Assembly: GCF_030028105.1 (NCBI RefSeq) | Contig: NC_092379.1 | Location: forward strand, 109,358,408-109,422,407 | DNA from: Mobula birostris | Taxonomy: Eukaryota | Direction: 5' to 3' | DNA length: 64,000 bases | In this document: positions 58,353-64,000 of the stretch, piece after piece | How positions within the stretch are numbered: position 1 is the first letter of the stretch | Layout: each line of letters begins with the position of its first letter | Made by a program: the position numbers and the translations under genes | Notes under the pieces: generated by a model | Seen by the model: the letters and a program-made list of their open reading frames with translations, nothing else | The model's database searches: none | What the model was told of the DNA's origin: nothing

Positions 58353-61300
58353 CATAATACATAAAAAACTGGGAAACTTTGTCTAAGAAATTATGTAAAA
58401 TTTTTTGTGATGTCTTATCTGTCCTTAAAGGTGGAAAATTAAAAGCTGTTCTAACTCAGTTGCTGTTTTTTTAGACATTCCTGGGTTATTGGGATCAGGA
58501 CACACATAGGTTGAAGGGCTGGAGAGGAGTAGGTAGGAGAATGTGAAACCTGTACCTCACATTCACTACAACCATTCCCAAACAGAGTTGGCGCAGCACT
58601 CTCATTGATCTGGATCAGAGTAGATTGTGGATGATTAAAGTCCCAAACAATTTGCTTCCCTAGTTAATTTATGATTGCCTCCCTTTGCTTTCTTTCACTC
58701 TGGATGGTGTACTGTGACATGGATCTTGATAGTTCATCCTGTCTTCTGAACTGAGAGCAATGATCTATTAGTCCACCTGAGCTCGTTGTTGCAGGGGAAA
58801 TTGAACTTGATTGGGTAGATTTCTGCATTTACTACCAATGGCAAATTGATGAAAATGAAAAGGTGAAACAGGCAGATTGTTTAACAGACAATTCATTGGC
58901 TGCTATCAGATTTCAGATCTGCAGTATATGCACCTAGATATCAGAAGGTTTGATGTGCTTGTCTCCTTCCAAGAATATATAAATAAGGATTTAAAAAATG
59001 ATAAACATATCGCAAGAAGTAACTTCTACATCAAAATAAACGTGCAATTATTTCACCATACAGATTAAAATCACTGGAGTATAACTGAACTGTAAGTGGA
59101 TATGAGCCAATTTCTCATAGTTTAAGCATATATTTTTAAATCAAGTTCACATTGGCACAAAAGTATAACCCTGAAAAATAACCCTGTTTTAGAGTGAAAA
59201 TTCTTATTGTTGTTCATTTTCATTTACCTTCCCTCATCTAACATATTATTTTCTGTTGCTAAGTAATCATTTATAAAAACTTGCAATACTCTTCTAAAAT
59301 CAGTGATGGACATTGAACAGTTGGAAATCCAGTGTATTGTGTTGGTAACCAGTTTGACTGCGGGCCTCATCATACTCAATCATACTTCTGCCTTTGATAT
59401 GAAGTGAACTCCTGACTGATTCTGTTGGCATGCAAGTAGAGAATTTTATTTACTCCCTCCTTTCCTCCTTGCCGGCAGTTAGCAAAGGGGCATTTTATAT
59501 ACTTAAATAGGCTGATCATAGGTCTGATTTTCACCACATTACTGGGATGAATTGTGGCTGTGAGACAGGGTAGTGGACATTTGGATTTGCATTATTTATT
59601 TTTCTTTAAATTCATATCTTGTAACATAAACAATCCTATTAATAAATTCCCAACTATTAATTCAGCAGTGACTATGTACTCAAGCATAAACGATGTTTTT
59701 AAGTGTATGCACTTCAAATAAACTCAAAATGCTTCACACAATGGTAGTTATGGAGCCAAAAATACCAACACCTCACCAAAAGTAATAACGTCAAGAATCA
59801 GTAGGAATTTGCTTTTGAAAGTACACTTTGAGGGGAAAAATGTTGGAAAAAGTTCCAGCAAAGCTCCCTATCTACTTTTATATTGTTGTCCTTGTAATTT
59901 GATTTCCAGGGATTTGGAATCTATTATTCTGCTTCCAACACTTATACTCTTCAATCTGTTTCCCATAATGGGAAGAGGAAAATTTACAGAGGTTACTTTA
60001 TTTGGTTCTGCAAGTCAATCACTGGGCCATAAAAAATAGATTAATAGATTAAGCTCTGGACAGTAACTTCTGGATACTGAATTAAAAGAATAGCAAAACA
60101 TCTGCTGCTGAATAAGACCTTGGCTTAACAGAAAACTGAAAGGGAATTGACTCTAATAAGGTAGAATTATACTGGCGTTTCAGCCTGCATAATGATAGGA
60201 TTTGAAGCCACAATATTTTGGCCAGGAGCCAATGGCAGTGTCAAAAGAAGCAAGCTGAAACTATTTCCATAAATAAGTATAAAGAAGGAGCTTCTGTTAC
60301 CTCATTTCTGTATCAGGATAGAAATGCAAAATAAAAGCAAAATATCACTGGATACTTCCAGTAAAAATATTAATTTATCTGTTATCTTTTGGGGTTGCAA
60401 AGGGCATGCTGTGAATTTCATTTTCACTTATAGTTTTAAATTTTACGTTGCCTTTGTATTCTTCTTACATCTGAGGTAAGGTTATTGTAATGCTTTCCTC
60501 ATGAGATGCCTGCAAATGCAAGTGGATGAAATGGCTATCAAAGAATAATAACTGTTTTTTAACGAGGCTGAACCCTTAGCACCTAAAAACAGGCATACTA
60601 TTCCTATGATTCTGACTTTAAACTTCCTGTTTCCGTTACTTCTATTGTTACAGATTAGGTATTAAGCATTACTCCCTCACCCAATCAGAATTCAGTATGG
60701 CCATATGTGGAAATATAGCACATAGATTAAAATATACACATGAGGAACACATTGTTGACCTTTATTGATGTTAATTGAAAATTGTGTTTATATTTCATCT
60801 CAGATATTTGTTTCATTAATTTTACCTTTATTTGTTTTTTTCATCCTTGAGTCATTTTTATTCTATTGTTCACCTTTGTGTAGAACTACAGATGTGGATT
60901 CCATCTTTTCAAAAGCTCGTGCTTCCTTTCCAGCTTGAATGCTGCTTCCTGTCAATTCTCGTTCCTAATCAGTTACTTCCTTAACAGCATGAGAAAAATG
61001 GCAGCAAATTCACTGAGAATGAACAGTGACAAAAGTGCTCCAATTTCCATCAAACACTTGACCTTTTGTTTACTTGTTTTGTTGAGCAAACTTTTAGAAG
61101 TCAAAAATGAAAATTTCCTGAGGGCTGTTTATTACAGAAATAAAGCCTAAAAGAGCCAGTGGTTCATCTTAAAATTTGTCCTGTGATTTTTATCCATTGT
61201 TATTTCCAGAGGCACATGCAGCAAAAATATAACTGAGGGGAAGGCCTGCTGTAAAGCTCTAACTTTTTATTGAAGAGGATAAGGGTTGGAATTACATAAA

Positions 61301-61584
61301 ATGAAGCAAGATGTCCATCAGAATGTAAAATGTCTCAGGTATGTAGTTTTAAAACTTACCTAATAGATAAGGCTGACATTAAGTAGCACACAAATGGTGA
61401 TTTACTGAGAAGTAAAGCATCAAAGGAGATCAAAGTTCATAACTTCAGGAGCAAAAGTGTAAGTAGAATAAATTCTCCAAATTTCACTCAAAATTAGTTT
61501 TTTTGACACAAGATACAAGTAATATGTGAACTGAAGCCGTTACTCTGTTTCTAGTACATAAAAAAATGTGAACTGGAAAGATAA

Positions 61585-61760
61585 GGCACTGCAGGCACTG
61601 GAATCTGAAGCAAAAAAAAAATTGCTGTAGGAACTTGGCAGGACAGCCAACATCTGTGGAGGGAAATGGAAAATCAAAGTTTCAGGTCAAGTGCCTTCAC
61701 CTGGTTTATAAGTGCCCAGATGAAGGGTTTTGACCCAAAATATTAACTGCCCATTCCGCT
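61585..61760. mobile_element. Two PLE termini head-to-head (imperfect palindrome)
   Basis: Minus-oriented terminus 61585-61704 and plus-oriented 61716-61757 (CCAGATGAAGGGTTTTGACCCAAAA), each beginning at a decayed hammerhead core. Confidence 0.65.
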
Positions 61761-62738
61761 CAAAGATTGAACTGGGTGTACATCACAGTCGGCTGCCAAC
61801 TATTGGCTCAGACTTTGCTTCCCTGCAAACTTTAGACACATGACGAACAGCTACTGCACTTCTTCTTAATTATAAAGTTGTAGAGAAGTCTGTGGGGCTG
61901 AGTTCAGGATGGTCTGGATGGCCTGTGAGTGTATGTCTGTTTAGGTTTGTTCTCTGACTGTGGCTTAGTGGGGAAAGTTTTAGACAGTGATGGAGGAGTA
62001 TGTGCAGAGTTGCTTGTGTGGTGAGTGACAGACCAAGAGCCTATAATATGAATAAAGGGGAGGGATATCAGACTGTGCTTTGTCAGCTGGCAGATAGAAA
62101 GAAGATTTGTACACAGGTGCTCCAAGAGGGAAAGGCCTTGGCAGATCACAGGATTGGAGTTTGGAAAGTAGATCAGCGAATCATAATCTCGGTTGGTCGA
62201 GAGAACTGAAGGTGTCAAGTTCTGGAGATCAGAGCCTTAATGGGCTGGGTTGATGGATGGTGGATGCTACTGAAGTGTTTGGTTTTGCAGGTAGATTTAA
62301 CTGATAGTTCAGCACTTCACTGAGAAGACAAGACTTTTCCAGACAAGCCCATTGAGAATGACAACAAATGATATTTACACAGGGAAGAACATCACCCACG
62401 CACACCAATGCAGAAATTGTGCCAGAGCACACGGTGGTTCAAGCCTGAAAGTATCTGGATTTTTATTTTTTTGGAAGTGACCTAAAATGACCTAGAAATG
62501 TGTGATACCTCACTTCATTCCAGAAATATTAGCTTGGTAATGTTGAAAAAAATGAACATTATGTGATTAAGTTTGTAGACACATTAGAAATATCCCATGA
62601 TTACATTTGTTAATACAATATTGTTCTACATTAAAATCAATTGCCATCATAATTTACCTGAATGTATTGTAGCTTTCTGCATCTGCTCTCACCTGTCTGC
62701 AGCATCTCATGATATGGAGTTCTAGAGTCACAGAGAGT

Positions 62739-63276
62739 CATCATCATCATCAGGTGCCGTGCCCAGTTTGAGCTTTGACTGCCATGACCCAAACACTCCT
62801 GTTTCAGGTCATGTGGATCAATTCAATGGTATTCATTTCCAGTTCTTTGGCTGCTGTCTCCATCGTCATTTGTCTTTGTCTTCCTCTTGCTTTCTTCCCT
62901 TCAATCTTTCCCATAATTACCATGCATTCTAACTCCTCTTTCCTAATCACATGTCCACTGAAGTTACGTTGCCTTTTCATGATCTCATACATTATTTCTC
63001 TTCTTGTGCTTGCTCTGTTCATGACATCCTTATTAGATATTTGTTTTGTTCATGATATTCTTTGCATCCTCCTCAGAAACCACATCTCTGCTGCTTCAAT
63101 TCATTTCCTTATGTTACTAGATATTGTCCAACATTCTGAGCCATATAACATAATTAGATAAACGTAACATTTTAGTACTCTGAGGCAGGCTGTCATGCCT
63201 AGTTTAGTATTGGTCAGTATACTGTTCATTCTCGTAAAGGTTTCTTTTGCCAGCCCTATTCTTCTTTTGATGTCCA
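62739..63276 (-). mobile_element. RTE (BovB-like) LINE 3' end with 13-bp TSD
   Basis: DIKRRIGLAK...RVLKCYV..MLYGSECWT and GHVIRK...GKIEGKKARGRQR; (GAT)n tail. TSD AGTCACAGAGAGT at 62726-62738 and 63277-63289. Confidence 0.92.
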
Positions 63277-63620
63277 AGTCACAGAGAGTACAGCATGGAA
63301 ACTTGCTCTTCACCCCAACAAGTCTACATTGACCACCAATCCCCATTTATCACCACATTGACTCCAAATGTTATACTCCCCATTCTCATCATCTTCCCCC
63401 AGATTTGATTGCTCACTCACGAGGGCAATTCGCAGTGCCCATTTAGATTACAAACCTGCATACCTTTGGGATGTTGGAGGAAACCAGACCAACTGAAGGA
63501 AACCCACAGAGCCAAAGGGAGTACTTTTAAACTCCACACAGATGACACGCAGGATCAAATTAATCTCAGTACTCTGGCATCATGAGATAGCAGCTATACT
63601 AGATATGGAACTGTGACTCC
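63277..63620 (-). mobile_element. V-SINE
   Basis: GGAGGAAACCAGACCAACTGAAGGAAACCCAC...AAACTCCACACAGA is the reversed V-domain; CR1-like tail at 63277-63340. Confidence 0.75.
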
Positions 63621-63667
63621 TGAATCTAACTAGACTAAGTAAACTAAAGCTACTTACGTTTTGTGCC

Positions 63668-63955
63668 TAGATCATAGAACAGGTCAGTGCCGGGCAGGCC
63701 AGTCGGCCCACAATGTTGATGCCAACTTACATTAAATGTCCTTCACCTGAGTATCATCCATATCCCTCCATTCCCTTCAATATTCATACACCTAAAAGCC
63801 TTTAATCGCCACCAAACTGGCTGATTCCACAAACTGTCTGATTCCAGGAACTTCCCATTGAATGTTTAATAGCTTGCCCCTCACATAATTTTTAAATGCC
63901 ACCAACCTTCAAAAATGTTCTACAGTGTTTGACATTTCCTCCCTGGGGAAGAATT
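63668..63955 (-). mobile_element. Decayed CR1 3' end
   Basis: CATAGAACA...CAGGCCAGTCGGCCCACAATGTTG and GACATTTCCTCCCTGGGGAA. Confidence 0.65.
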
Positions 63956-64000
63956 GCCTTGGGGTTTTCTTTGATCTTGCTCAACAAGGACATTTCACGG

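Noticed and set aside
61340-61385. Minus-strand recursive splice site TAG|GTAAGT (61360/61359)
   Set aside because: Weak polypyrimidine tract and no evidence for host gene orientation; expected by chance.
61900-62440. Decayed L2-like LINE (similar hints at 12200-12600 and 37220-37540)
   Set aside because: Only compositional hints; no motif solid enough to call by eye.

Overview
Eukaryotic, AT-rich, repeat-dense DNA with no host protein-coding exon that I can recognise, so it is probably an intergenic stretch or a very large intron. The repeat repertoire (many CR1 LINEs, Penelope-like elements with a C-terminal GIY-YIG domain, Rex1/Babar and RTE LINEs, V-SINEs, Deu-domain SINEs, Tc1/mariner relics) points by inference to a cartilaginous fish, probably a ray. 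All identifiable ORFs are transposon-derived; the longest is a 453-aa CR1 reverse-transcriptase fragment (24055-25416, minus). The most notable items are: (1) about ten hammerhead-ribozyme motifs in Penelope terminal repeats, including a recurrent non-canonical core CUGCCGA, and solo ~100-130 bp termini whose 5' ends all fall at the ribozyme; (2) a 30-nt U2 snRNA retrocopy with an A-rich tail and a perfect 17-bp TSD inside a CR1; (3) a 522-bp fold-back mariner with four TIRs; (4) several nested insertions with readable TSDs; (5) a perfect 72-bp tandem duplication. I found no convincing evidence of a new multi-gene system. Family assignments come from motif recognition by eye, not database searches, and boundaries of old elements are approximate.
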